A program made the translations under genes and the position numbers. The notes beneath the pieces are model-generated. The model had not been told where the DNA came from, searched no databases, and saw only the letters and a program-made list of their open reading frames with translations. From Candidatus Omnitrophota bacterium (GTDB taxonomy: Bacteria; Omnitrophota; Gorgyraeia; Duberdicusellales; 4484-171), in the NCBI GenBank assembly GCA_043815185.1, contig JBDRJF010000013.1:1-52678 (forward strand): 52,678 bases of DNA, read 5' to 3'. Below are positions 1-8,509 of the stretch, piece after piece (position 1 is the first letter of the stretch; each line of letters begins with the position of its first letter).

Positions 1-1377
1 TTCAACCCCGCCGACTGCACAGAAAACTGCTATAGCTCCGTCTAAAACCCGCAGGCTTCGCTCAACCTCAGCGGTAAAATCTACATGGCCAGGAGTATCA
101 ATAATATTAATTCGATAATCCTTCCAATGGCAGGTAGTAGCGGCAGAGGTAATTGTAATCCCCCGCTCTTGCTCCTGCTTCATCCAGTCCATCTGGGCTT
201 GGCCATTATGTACTTCGCCGATCTTATGAGAACGGCCGGTATAGAAAAGAATCCGCTCGGTTAAAGTGGTTTTACCAGCATCGATATGGGCCATAATCCC
301 GATATTTCTTACCTGCTCCAAGGCTATTTTCCGCAGCGGAAGCGGCTCAGCTTCCCTGGCCTCAGGCAAGGGGGCTGCTTCGGGAGTTAAGGCTTCCTCC
401 TGATTAGGCCCGGGACTTTGCTGGGGTAAGTTCTCTATCTCCGCTTTAGCTTCTTCTCCAGGCTCTTCACTAACTGTCAGGGGCTCAGCTGAGCTGGGCT
501 TATCCTCTTCCGGCTTAAGTTCAGCAGAAACAGCTTCTTTAAGTTCTTCTTCCTCTGGCTCAGCTTCAGCTTTAAGCGAAATTTTGAGTTCCGAATCTGC
601 CCCGCCCTCTTTAAGCTGATGGACTAAACGCATTCGCTCCTGATCTTTATTTTCAATCTCCTTCTCTTTTAGCTTAAGCTCTTTCTCCCTTATCTCTAAC
701 TGTTGCTTTAATTGAGTATACTCCTCCTTCAAGGCGTTATGAGTATCTTTAAAGACCCAATCGCTCTCTTTTTCTTTCTGCTTTAACTTCACCACCTCAT
801 CTTTATACTTATTGGCTTCAGCCTGCAGTTTAATTATTCTTTCATTAGCACCCTTAAACATCCTCTCTAATGCTGCCTTTGACTCTCTTAGCTCCCTAAT
901 GTCGGTTTCCAAAGATTTTACTTTTCGCTGGGCTTCGGTAATCTCTCTTTTTAAATCGACGTTATTGGTAAACTCCTTCTCTAATTGTTTCTCCTTATCG
1001 ATAAGTTTACTTTTAAACTCCCACTCCGGTCCTTTTCCTCGCTTTATGAGCTTCTGCTGATAATCCAGCCACTTCTTGCTCTGCTTATCCTTTTCTCTTA
1101 ACTCCAGCTCCCGATTCTTTAAACATTCAAGCTCTTTCTCAAGAGCCAGGTTATAAGCCTTGGTCTTCTTAAAATCAGTAAGATTGTTTTTGAGCTCAAA
1201 GATTTTTTTTCTTAAAGTCTGAATTTTTTCGGTTAGGACTGCAATTCTCTGCTCAGCGGATCGAGATTCAGCCTTCAACTTAGCCTTACGTCTGGTATCT
1301 TTACTATCTCCGGAATTAATAGCATAAATAACCAGGATTACGGATGTGGTTAATAATATCCAGACAAAAGTAATCAT
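1..1377 (-). CDS. fusA: Elongation factor G with ~347-aa N-terminal extension (TM helix, coiled coil, Pro/Glu/Ala linker); 3' end lies outside the window
   Basis: Not in the ORF track. Manual translation shows no stop between the ATG at 1377 and position 1. The C-terminal part reads [26 protein letters not shown]...[46 protein letters not shown] (EF-G G1/G2/G3 motifs). The N-terminus is [22 protein letters not shown]. Confidence 0.9.
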   Translation of the reverse strand, partial: MITFVWILLTTSVILVIYAINSGDSKDTRRKAKLKAESRSAEQRIAVLTEKIQTLRKKIFELKNNLTDFKKTKAYNLALEKELECLKNRELELREKDKQSKKWLDYQQKLIKRGKGPEWEFKSKLIDKEKQLEKEFTNNVDLKREITEAQRKVKSLETDIRELRESKAALERMFKGANERIIKLQAEANKYKDEVVKLKQKEKESDWVFKDTHNALKEEYTQLKQQLEIREKELKLKEKEIENKDQERMRLVHQLKEGGADSELKISLKAEAEPEEEELKEAVSAELKPEEDKPSSAEPLTVSEEPGEEAKAEIENLPQQSPGPNQEEALTPEAAPLPEAREAEPLPLRKIALEQVRNIGIMAHIDAGKTTLTERILFYTGRSHKIGEVHNGQAQMDWMKQEQERGITITSAATTCHWKDYRINIIDTPGHVDFTAEVERSLRVLDGAIAVFCAVGGVE

Positions 1378-1407
1378 TATTGTCTTGATTTAAACAATAT
1401 CTTCGGC

Positions 1408-1854
1408 TTAAGCCTGGGCAATAGAACGGACAATATCCTTCTTAGTAATTACCCCTACCAATTTTTCCCCGGCTACTACCGGACAGTAATAGCTGGATTT
1501 ATCGATCATAGCGGTGGCAGCCTCTTCGACCTCCATCTCGGGAGTTAAAATAACCATATCTTTTTCTAAAATATCACCGACTTTGGTAGCAGTAATTTTC
1601 TTGATCTCCTCCTCGAACCTCTTTACTCCCAGAGTGAGAAAACCCAAGGAAATATGTAAAAAAGTGGGAAGATGCACTTTCTTGTCCTGAAAAATAACTC
1701 CCTCTTCACCGACAATACCCAGCAAGTTACCGTTAGTATCTACCACCGGGGCGCCGCTTATATTCTTTTCTAAAAGCAATTCGGCTAATTTATGCAAACT
1801 AGTATCGGCTGTGACTGTAATCGGATCTTTGGTCATTATATCTTTTACCTGCAC
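1408..1854 (-). CDS. CBS-domain pair protein
   Basis: VKDIMTKDPITV...SGAPVVD...LVGVITKKDI gives two CBS repeats. The start is moved to the GTG at 1854 because GAGGAGG lies just upstream (1860-1866). Confidence 0.85.
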   Translation of the reverse strand: MQVKDIMTKDPITVTADTSLHKLAELLLEKNISGAPVVDTNGNLLGIVGEEGVIFQDKKVHLPTFLHISLGFLTLGVKRFEEEIKKITATKVGDILEKDMVILTPEMEVEEAATAMIDKSSYYCPVVAGEKLVGVITKKDIVRSIAQA

Positions 1855-1866
1855 TTGAACCTCCTC

Positions 1867-1939
1867 AATGATCTCCGCCAAAGGCGGGGAGAATTGATCC
1901 CGAAGTCGCGCTGGGTAAATCTCCTGCGACGAGGGATAC
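1867..1939. repeat. Double-hairpin intergenic element, copy 1
   Basis: AATGA-[TCTCCGCC AAA GGCGGGGA]-GAATTGATCCC-[stem-loop]-GGGATAC. The junction sequences are shared with the copy at 19836-19945. Confidence 0.7.
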
Positions 1940-1984
1940 ATTATTAATCAACCTACGAGACGGGATATATTATTAATTAACCTA
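1933..1984. repeat. Imperfect tandem duplication (2 x 23 bp, period 29)
   Basis: GGGATACATTATTAATCAACCTA (1933-1955) and GGGATATATTATTAATTAACCTA (1962-1984). Confidence 0.7.
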
Positions 1985-1992
1985 ACTGTAAA

Positions 1993-2027
1993 ATTATATC
2001 ACATATTTGTAAAAAGTATGATATAAT
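1993..2027. promoter_or_regulatory. Back-to-back divergent extended -10 promoters
   Basis: TGATATAAT on the + strand (2019-2027) and TGATATAAT on the - strand (2001-1993), between the divergent CBS and YqeY genes. Confidence 0.55.
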
Positions 2028-2036
2028 CTGTGGATT

Positions 2037-2483
2037 ATGTTAGAAGATAAGATTTATCAAGATTACATCCAAGCTCTTAAAGCCAAGGATAAGAAAAAAA
2101 GAGATTTTTTAAGCCTAATCCGGTCCGACTTGAAAAATCAAGCTATTAACTTAAAGAAAGATAAATTAGACAATGACCAGGCCCTGCCAATATTAAAAAA
2201 AGCCCAAAAACGTCTGCTGGATGCCAAAGAAAGTATTGCCAAATCTCAGCGCAGCGACCTGCTCAATGACCTTGAGGAAGAACTTAAGATACTAAGCCAA
2301 TACCTGCCCCAGCCCATTACAGAATCTGAGCTATCGGAAATTGTCAATAAGGTAATAAATGAACTTTCAGCTTCTTCGATGAAAGATATGGGACTGGTGA
2401 TGAAAGAGGTTTTAGCCCGGGTAGGAGTCAGGGCTGATTCCCAAAAAGTCAGCAGCCTGGTTAAACAAAACCTCTCCGCTTAA
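2037..2483 (+). CDS. GatB/YqeY domain protein
   Basis: 148 aa with ALKAKDK, YLPQPITESEL, MKDMGLVMKEV and RAD..KVS, typical of YqeY. Confidence 0.9.
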   Translation: MLEDKIYQDYIQALKAKDKKKRDFLSLIRSDLKNQAINLKKDKLDNDQALPILKKAQKRLLDAKESIAKSQRSDLLNDLEEELKILSQYLPQPITESELSEIVNKVINELSASSMKDMGLVMKEVLARVGVRADSQKVSSLVKQNLSA

Positions 2484-2545
2484 AACACCAATTTACACCA
2501 ATAATTGGTGAAAATCCCAGAAAAAATTGTGGATATTTGTGTATT

Positions 2546-2839
2546 TTAAGAAACTATATCTATGAACAGCTCTTTTACAAATTCAACCACCGGATGGGTA
2601 TTATTTTTCTTGGCCTGAGCAATAAAGCGGGGGAGCCTCTGGGGGGCTTCTATCTTTTGACCTATCTTAGCTAAGTTAAAATCAACCTGGCCGTCAAAGT
2701 ACTTAACTAAATCCTCTATGGACTCATCGCTGTTGTAGCTATTTCGGTAGTCTCCCAGCTGCTTGAATTTAAATTTCTCAGTGTAGCTCTTCAATCTAAT
2801 CTCCTTATCATCACAAGGATTATTCAGGTCGCCTTCCAT
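2546..2839 (-). CDS. Hypothetical protein
   Basis: 97-aa ORF co-oriented with its neighbours; no recognisable motif. Confidence 0.5.
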   Translation of the reverse strand: MEGDLNNPCDDKEIRLKSYTEKFKFKQLGDYRNSYNSDESIEDLVKYFDGQVDFNLAKIGQKIEAPQRLPRFIAQAKKNNTHPVVEFVKELFIDIVS

Positions 2840-2869
2840 ATTGTTTGATTCTGTTTAAAAAGAGATTGT

Positions 2870-3103
2870 TTACATCTGGGCTGAAGCTTCTTGGATCAAA
2901 GGCAGAATTCCCTCAACCTCTTCTTTGGCTAAACGGCCTAATTTTGTAAACCGGTACTCACCTTCAGCAGATTGATTCTCCCGGGAAACCTGTAGTTTCT
3001 TAACTCCCTTGTTATAAGAATAAACACTAACCGTGATCTTAGTTCCCTCACCTTCCCAAACCCTGGAAAACAATTGTTGGTCTAAATTACTATCATACGG
3101 CAT
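2870..3103 (-). CDS. Small conserved hypothetical protein, possibly PC4/YdbC-like nucleic-acid-binding fold
   Basis: Strong RBS (AGGAGG). The pattern ITVSVYSYN-G-KKLQVSRE...FTKLGRL followed by a C-terminal helix resembles PC4-like proteins (inference). Confidence 0.6.
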   Translation of the reverse strand: MPYDSNLDQQLFSRVWEGEGTKITVSVYSYNKGVKKLQVSRENQSAEGEYRFTKLGRLAKEEVEGILPLIQEASAQM

Positions 3104-3123
3104 AGCCCCTCCTTTTTTAGTAT

Positions 3124-3153
3124 ATAATATACTAAAGCACTAACCTCTGTCAA
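3124..3153 (-). promoter_or_regulatory. Putative sigma-70 promoter
   Basis: TTGACA (3153-3148), then TATATT/TATTAT 16-18 bp downstream, ahead of the gene starting at 3103. Confidence 0.5.
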
Positions 3154-3166
3154 GATTAGTTAATAT

Positions 3167-3886
3167 TTACTCCTGGCTACAATGCGCACTATGTTTCTCC
3201 ACAAAACGGGCAATTTGCTCCTGCTTTTCGGGAATTATATTATGGAACTCTAAGCCCATTCCCGGATAATCTTCAGGTTGAATCTCTTGATCGACTACCC
3301 AAACTACCTTAACATCAGCTTCAATAATCCCGGGCTGGGAATGAAAGTCAATCCGGGTAGCCAGTAAATCTCCGATTGAGAATATCTTATCACTAACTAT
3401 TAATGCCCCTTCGGCACTTAGATTCACTATCTCCCCCTTAAAGAAAGGGTGATCCAAAAGAAGCTTTTGCCGGTATTCAATAGTAGTATTAAGGGGTATC
3501 CGTTCAAACCTTCTTCTGGAAGGTGATTGAGCAATCTCCTCGATTAACCGCTCCTGCTTTATAGCTGTTATTGCCTGCTCTTCGCTTAGATAAAGGTGAA
3601 AAACTCTGTCCAGACCGACAATTGAAAACAGTCTCCTTATATGCACAGGGACATTATAGAATTCAAGCCGCCCCTTATGATTTAAAACGTTTTTATAGAT
3701 GACTGTAATCAAAGAAATTCCCACATAATCAACCAAATTTACGCTGGAGAAGTTACAAACAATATCTTTGGTCTGATGATTAAGAATCCAACCTACAGTC
3801 TCAACAAAATCTGAAGCGTCAATACCAATACTACCTTCTAATTCTAAGACAGCTATCCCCTCTTTTATTTTAATTTTAATCCTCAT
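3167..3886 (-). CDS. STAS (anti-anti-sigma) + PilZ domain protein
   Basis: N-terminal STAS pattern (LELEGSI...VNLVDYVGI...FSIVGLDRVF). C-terminal PilZ with RRFER (RxxxR) and NLSAEG (NxSxxG). The ATG at 3886 overlaps the uppP stop (ATGA). Confidence 0.8.
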   Translation of the reverse strand: MRIKIKIKEGIAVLELEGSIGIDASDFVETVGWILNHQTKDIVCNFSSVNLVDYVGISLITVIYKNVLNHKGRLEFYNVPVHIRRLFSIVGLDRVFHLYLSEEQAITAIKQERLIEEIAQSPSRRRFERIPLNTTIEYRQKLLLDHPFFKGEIVNLSAEGALIVSDKIFSIGDLLATRIDFHSQPGIIEADVKVVWVVDQEIQPEDYPGMGLEFHNIIPEKQEQIARFVEKHSAHCSQE

Positions 3887-4614
3887 ACAATTAAAGTGAC
3901 TAAAGCCATCAATAAACAATAATAGGCGAAGTTTTTAAACTTTGCGCTTACCAAAGCCCTTTTAACTATTTTCAAAGCTAAAAGGCCAAAGGCAAAAGCA
4001 GCTATAAAGCCTAAACCCAGGCTTGAGACAGCAAGTTCGAATTCTCCCAGGGCTTTAAACTCAACCACAAAAGCCCCCAAAATAAGCGGTATTGCCATCA
4101 AAAAGGATAAACTGAAAGCATCGATAGGTTTAAATCCTCTTCTTAATGCCCCAACAATAGTGATCCCCGCACGGGATATGCCGGGAAAAGGAGAAATCCC
4201 TTGTAAAAAACCTAAAAAAAATGAATCTTTAAGGCTAATGCTCTCGATACTGCGCTTTGAGGAGCCCGGCCGGACACTGAGTAGTATTCCGGCATTGATT
4301 AAGAAACAAAAAGCCAGTAAAAACCTTGTGCCGAAGAAACTTGATAAGTAAAATTGAATTCCCAGCCCCATAAGACCACTAATCAGAGTAATTAACAGAA
4401 TGTTGAGTAAGAGTTTCGGCTGAGATAATAATCGAATCTGCTTAACGAAAAAAACAATTATTGCCAGAAGAGTTGCTAAATGGAGAAAAACGAAAAAAGA
4501 AAGATAATCTTCCTTAATTACTAGTAATTTTTGCAAAAGATATAGGTGGCCGGAACTACTTATCGGCAGGAATTCGGTTAAACCCTGTACAATGCCAAGA
4601 AATATAAATTTCAC
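3883..4614 (-). CDS. uppP: Undecaprenyl-diphosphatase
   Basis: GIVQGLTEFLPISSSGH and PGISRAG motifs; polytopic membrane protein. Confidence 0.95.
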   Translation of the reverse strand: MKFIFLGIVQGLTEFLPISSSGHLYLLQKLLVIKEDYLSFFVFLHLATLLAIIVFFVKQIRLLSQPKLLLNILLITLISGLMGLGIQFYLSSFFGTRFLLAFCFLINAGILLSVRPGSSKRSIESISLKDSFFLGFLQGISPFPGISRAGITIVGALRRGFKPIDAFSLSFLMAIPLILGAFVVEFKALGEFELAVSSLGLGFIAAFAFGLLALKIVKRALVSAKFKNFAYYCLLMALVTLIV

Positions 4615-4618
4615 CAGA

Positions 4619-5515
4619 TTAACCTTTTGTAAGAAGATAGATCAAGATTCCTAGGATACCCAAGCCTATGTATAAACAGAGATATTCTAAAAGGCCCGGT
4701 TGACTTTTGGTCAGAGGAGATCCGTCGAGTGAATAGGATGTTTCAGCCGGAGTTGCTGCCTTATCTTCATCAGGCAAAGTTTCTTTTTCTTCCGCTTCCA
4801 GGGATTTAACGTCAGGCAGGTCAGTGGCTTCCGCTGCCTCTTGGGCTGGCTTAGAATCTTTGGCTGCCGGCTCTTCAACTGACTCAGCTTTATCTTCGCC
4901 GGCCTCAGTCACACTCTTATCCTCAGGTAAAGGCTTATCTTCTTGAAACATTTCTGGTTTCGGAACAGTCTTATTAGATTCCTTCTCTTTTAAAACCTCA
5001 ACATCAGGTTCAACAGGAAATCCTCGACTAGCAGCTGAAGGAGGCCCCATTAATACCTCAAAAGAAGCATCTTCGTCTTCAACCCCCTCTTCTTCTTCCT
5101 TGGTTGGGCTTAAGGCTTCCTTCTCCTTAAAAGGTGGCTCTGCTTCTTGAGGTTTCTCTTTTGCTTCAGGAGCTGGCGCAAACTCACCTAAGATTTCATC
5201 CACCTTATCCATAGAAACTTCTTCGGAATCTCCGGGAAAATATTCGATATCTTCTTTTTTCTCTTCCAACTTCTCTTTTGGTTCCTCCGCACCCCCAGAA
5301 GGAGGAAGATCAGAAGCCTTTTCTTCAAGGGCAGGCTCTGCGGTTTTATCGAGAGCAGCAGGCGGAGCCTCTTCAGCCTGATCCATTAATTCGCCTAAGA
5401 CAGTACGGCAATCATGACAAACACAAAGATGCTCTTCCACTTGTTGTATTTCCTTTTCACTAGCAGTATGCCGGAAGTATTTAGGAATAATTTCTTTGAT
5501 TTCCTGACATTCCAT
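4619..5515 (-). CDS. zf-HC2 (ZAS-type) zinc-finger protein with long acidic disordered region and C-terminal TM helix
   Basis: MECQEI...EEHLCVCHDC (HxxxCxxC), then ~230 aa rich in E/K/P/A, then LLEYLCLYIGLGILGILIYLL. Confidence 0.75.
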   Translation of the reverse strand: MECQEIKEIIPKYFRHTASEKEIQQVEEHLCVCHDCRTVLGELMDQAEEAPPAALDKTAEPALEEKASDLPPSGGAEEPKEKLEEKKEDIEYFPGDSEEVSMDKVDEILGEFAPAPEAKEKPQEAEPPFKEKEALSPTKEEEEGVEDEDASFEVLMGPPSAASRGFPVEPDVEVLKEKESNKTVPKPEMFQEDKPLPEDKSVTEAGEDKAESVEEPAAKDSKPAQEAAEATDLPDVKSLEAEEKETLPDEDKAATPAETSYSLDGSPLTKSQPGLLEYLCLYIGLGILGILIYLLTKG

Positions 5516-5538
5516 ATTAATACTTTAGTTTTATAAAT

Positions 5539-5566
5539 ATTATACCAGAGACAAAAAATATTACAA
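5539..5566 (-). promoter_or_regulatory. Putative sigma-70 promoter for the zf-HC2 gene
   Basis: TTGTAA, 16-bp spacer, TATAAT preceded by TGn. Confidence 0.5.
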
Positions 5567-5607
5567 GCGGAAATCTTTAATTAGGCTAATTTGATAGCAA
5601 AAAATTA

Positions 5608-5640
5608 GCCCCGTTAGAGAACAGAAGCCTCTAACGGGGC
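5608..5640. terminator. 12-bp stem hairpin downstream of the TonB receptor (terminator or REP-like element)
   Basis: GCCCCGTTAGAG-9 nt-CTCTAACGGGGC, followed on the minus strand by TAATTTTTT. Confidence 0.6.
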
Positions 5641-5651
5641 GGGTTAGAAAG

Positions 5652-7637
5652 CTAAAATTTCACTTCTGTCCCAAAAGTAAATGTCCTTCCTGGAGCAGGA
5701 TTAAATGTTTTTGAAGACAGGCCGTAAGAATTATATTCTTTATCCAAAAGGTTATCAATCCCCAAAAAGAGAGTGCCCCACTTATACTCATACCTAATTT
5801 TAGTATCGACCGTTGTATAACAGAGAAGTTTGCTGCTATTGGTGTTATCTATGTAAGAAGTGCCGGTCCTGGTAGCAGTCAGATTTATGTTGAGACCGAA
5901 ATCTGTCCTAAAATTTATTCCAAGGCTCCCCTTGTGTATAGGAATATTGGTTAAATATTTACCCTTATAAGTTCCGCTTTCATTTTTGGCCCTGGTGTAA
6001 GTATAATTAGCAAAACCAGCTAATCCCTCAATAATTGTAAAGTCTATACTTGTCTCTATTCCTTTGTGTGAGGTTTCACCATAATTTTCATATTGTCGAT
6101 CATCATAATTATACCGAATCTCATTATCAAGCTCCATCCAGTATAGGCTAACATTTGCTTTTAAGTTATGATTAAACTGATGGTGAACACCTATTTCGTA
6201 ATTTTCTGCTTCCTCAGGATTCAAGTCAGGATTTGAAGAACTCCCGCTATAAGTAAACATCTGAGCCAATGTAGGGGTTCTAAAAGCCTGAGCATAATTA
6301 GCATAAATACTAGAATTCTTCTGATAGTTATACACTATCCCGAATTTTGGGGTTATCTTAGACATATCTCTTTTCTTTGAATTACTCTCATTTGTATAAT
6401 CGGTATAGTCAAATTTTATTAAATCATACCTTAGGCCGGCTATAAGCTTAACCGGCTCAAAGAGCTTAATCTCATCCTGAAGATACGGCCCGATTTTTTC
6501 TCTCTTAGCTCCGCAATCTTTGCTAATCGTGCTCCGTATCTGACTTGGGGCATTATACTCTTGGTAATCAAAATCATCTTTTTCTAAATCAATCCCCGTT
6601 GTAAAAAAATGTTTGATTCCAAAAATTTCCGAATCTGTATTCAAGCGCAAGAGTAAACCATAAACATCCTCATCTCCAAGCTGTTCTCTTGTAGAACTGC
6701 CTGTAGTCCCGCTGGTATAAAAGGTTTCACTCCCCACGCTTTTATAATAAAACGTTCCTTCTGTATCAAAAATATTACTTATCTCTTTTTGGTAAGTTAT
6801 TCCCAAACTGCTCTTTTCAATGTCGCTTTTATCATTCTCCGTACCCGGCCTGGCTTGACGACGATCATTCTCAATTTGAGCCTCGGTTATAGCCCAAGGA
6901 TGGGCGCCTCTTTCTTTGTCATAGTAGTCTAAAGAAAATCTTAAATTTTGTATCTCGTCGATTAAAAAATCTATCTTCCCATTCAGGTGAATATCTTCAT
7001 AATCAGAGTGTTTTCGGAAACCATCTGTTGATTTTGTACCGAAATTAAAGTAATAACCGAATTTCTCTAAAAATGCCGAGGTAGAAAGTTGATAATTTTG
7101 AGTATTAAAACTTCCATAAGAGGTAGATATCCTCGTCTCAGGGGTAGGGCTTGGCTTCTTAGTGATAATATTAATTACCCCGGACATAGCAGTATCACCA
7201 TAAAGGGCTGAATTAGGCCCTCTCACCACCTCCACCCGTTCAATATTATCCAACGAGATTAAACTCCAATCCACTAGCTTATCTTCACCGCTATTCTGAG
7301 GTATTCCATCTATAAGTATTAATTGGTGAGTTGACATACCTCCCCAGAATCCGCGCATATTTATCCTGCCAGATGTTCCGACGCCGGAAGCATCATACAT
7401 ATAAATTCCTTCTAAATTCTTTAATAACTCCGGAACGTTCTTTGCGTTTGAGGCCTCAATATCTTTTTCTGAAACAATACTTACACTTGAAGGAACTTCC
7501 AGCGTTCCCCTTGCTGTTCTTGAAGCGGTTACTGTTATTGGCTCCAAATCAATAATACTAGCATCTTCTGCTAAGCAAATTCCATTACTATTAATTAAAA
7601 TTGCCATTCCTGCTAAAATTGCGATATTTTTTCTCAT
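5652..7637 (-). CDS. btuB: TonB-dependent outer-membrane receptor, probably for cobalamin (BtuB-like)
   Basis: Signal peptide, ITVTASR TonB box, IERVEVVRGPNSALYG plug motif, terminal Phe. It is directly preceded by a cobalamin riboswitch. Confidence 0.8.
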   Translation of the reverse strand: MRKNIAILAGMAILINSNGICLAEDASIIDLEPITVTASRTARGTLEVPSSVSIVSEKDIEASNAKNVPELLKNLEGIYMYDASGVGTSGRINMRGFWGGMSTHQLILIDGIPQNSGEDKLVDWSLISLDNIERVEVVRGPNSALYGDTAMSGVINIITKKPSPTPETRISTSYGSFNTQNYQLSTSAFLEKFGYYFNFGTKSTDGFRKHSDYEDIHLNGKIDFLIDEIQNLRFSLDYYDKERGAHPWAITEAQIENDRRQARPGTENDKSDIEKSSLGITYQKEISNIFDTEGTFYYKSVGSETFYTSGTTGSSTREQLGDEDVYGLLLRLNTDSEIFGIKHFFTTGIDLEKDDFDYQEYNAPSQIRSTISKDCGAKREKIGPYLQDEIKLFEPVKLIAGLRYDLIKFDYTDYTNESNSKKRDMSKITPKFGIVYNYQKNSSIYANYAQAFRTPTLAQMFTYSGSSSNPDLNPEEAENYEIGVHHQFNHNLKANVSLYWMELDNEIRYNYDDRQYENYGETSHKGIETSIDFTIIEGLAGFANYTYTRAKNESGTYKGKYLTNIPIHKGSLGINFRTDFGLNINLTATRTGTSYIDNTNSSKLLCYTTVDTKIRYEYKWGTLFLGIDNLLDKEYNSYGLSSKTFNPAPGRTFTFGTEVKF

Positions 7638-7641
7638 TCTT

Positions 7642-7755
7642 TTCTCCTCCGCCGAGAATACATTCCAAGATAGGTAATCGACCGGGCTCTCCGTTTTGGG
7701 CGGGATTACCGTTGCGGGGCAGCGGAAGGAATCACACCTTCACTTCCCTTACCTA
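7642..7755 (-). ncRNA. Short (class II-like) cobalamin riboswitch with RBS-containing P13 hairpin
   Basis: Minus strand: TAGGTAA-GGGAAGTGAAGGTGTGATTCCTTCCGCTGCCCCGCAACGGTAA...GAGCCCGGTCGA-TTACCTA, then TTCTC-GGCGGAG-GAGAA. The TCCGC segment can pair with GCGGA (kissing loop over the RBS). Confidence 0.75.
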
Positions 7756-7771
7756 CATGTATGGCTAGTTA

Positions 7772-8509
7772 TCAAGCCAGTGTTTTAACTAAACTTGAGC
7801 TTCTCTTACTTGTTTTAATAAAAGTAACGTCCTTTAAGTATTTTCTCGCTATAATTACCACCTCCTTGATCTCTTTTTGAGTCGGCCTTCTCCATTCTGC
7901 ACCGGGCACAGGAATATATCCATCTATTCTGTGGGGTATATCCGGACTTATCCTGCTTATAGCTCTAGTAATACGTTCTGTTTCTTCCCGACCGATATAA
8001 TCCGGTATAAACACGCTTTCAGTTCGTAAGATTAGGCTGCTTTCGCTCAGGATATTTAAGTTCTTGAACACCGGCTCTGAATTCTTGCCGGTATATTCCC
8101 GATGAAGAGCTGGAGTCTTTGCCTTTATCCCCAGACAAACTTCATCAAGGAAAGAAAGTTCCGGCAAGATATAACCATTGGTAAGGAGCACATTGAAACT
8201 GTTAAACTTTTCTTTAAGTTTCTTAGTTAAAAACACAAACTTTGAATCTAGAGTAGGTTCTCCGCCCAAAAAGATTACCTTCTTAATTTTCGCTTTCTTT
8301 AATACATCCAAAATTTGATTCATAGTTAAAAAAATGGCTCCCTTTTTATCTGCCTGTTTCGAGGAAGAAGATGGTAGGTGTATATCAAAATTGCACCTTC
8401 GCCTGATACACCCTAGGCAGCGGAAATTACACCCCCAAAAGTAAAGACAGGCAGCCTTAGCTTGCGAAAAATATGTTATATGATATACATTTGTTTTTAT
8501 ATTACCCAT
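7772..8509 (-). CDS. Radical SAM protein (PflA/activase-like), function unknown
   Basis: GCNFRCLGC (CX3CX2C), GGEPT and TNG motifs. Confidence 0.85.
   Translation of the reverse strand: MGNIKTNVYHITYFSQAKAACLYFWGCNFRCLGCIRRRCNFDIHLPSSSSKQADKKGAIFLTMNQILDVLKKAKIKKVIFLGGEPTLDSKFVFLTKKLKEKFNSFNVLLTNGYILPELSFLDEVCLGIKAKTPALHREYTGKNSEPVFKNLNILSESSLILRTESVFIPDYIGREETERITRAISRISPDIPHRIDGYIPVPGAEWRRPTQKEIKEVVIIARKYLKDVTFIKTSKRSSSLVKTLA

Noticed and set aside
1867-1939. Double-hairpin element as a hammerhead ribozyme (UGA-stem-GAA resemblance)
   Set aside because: The CUGANGA core and GAAA/UH cleavage site are absent, and the flanks simply pair to extend the hairpin.
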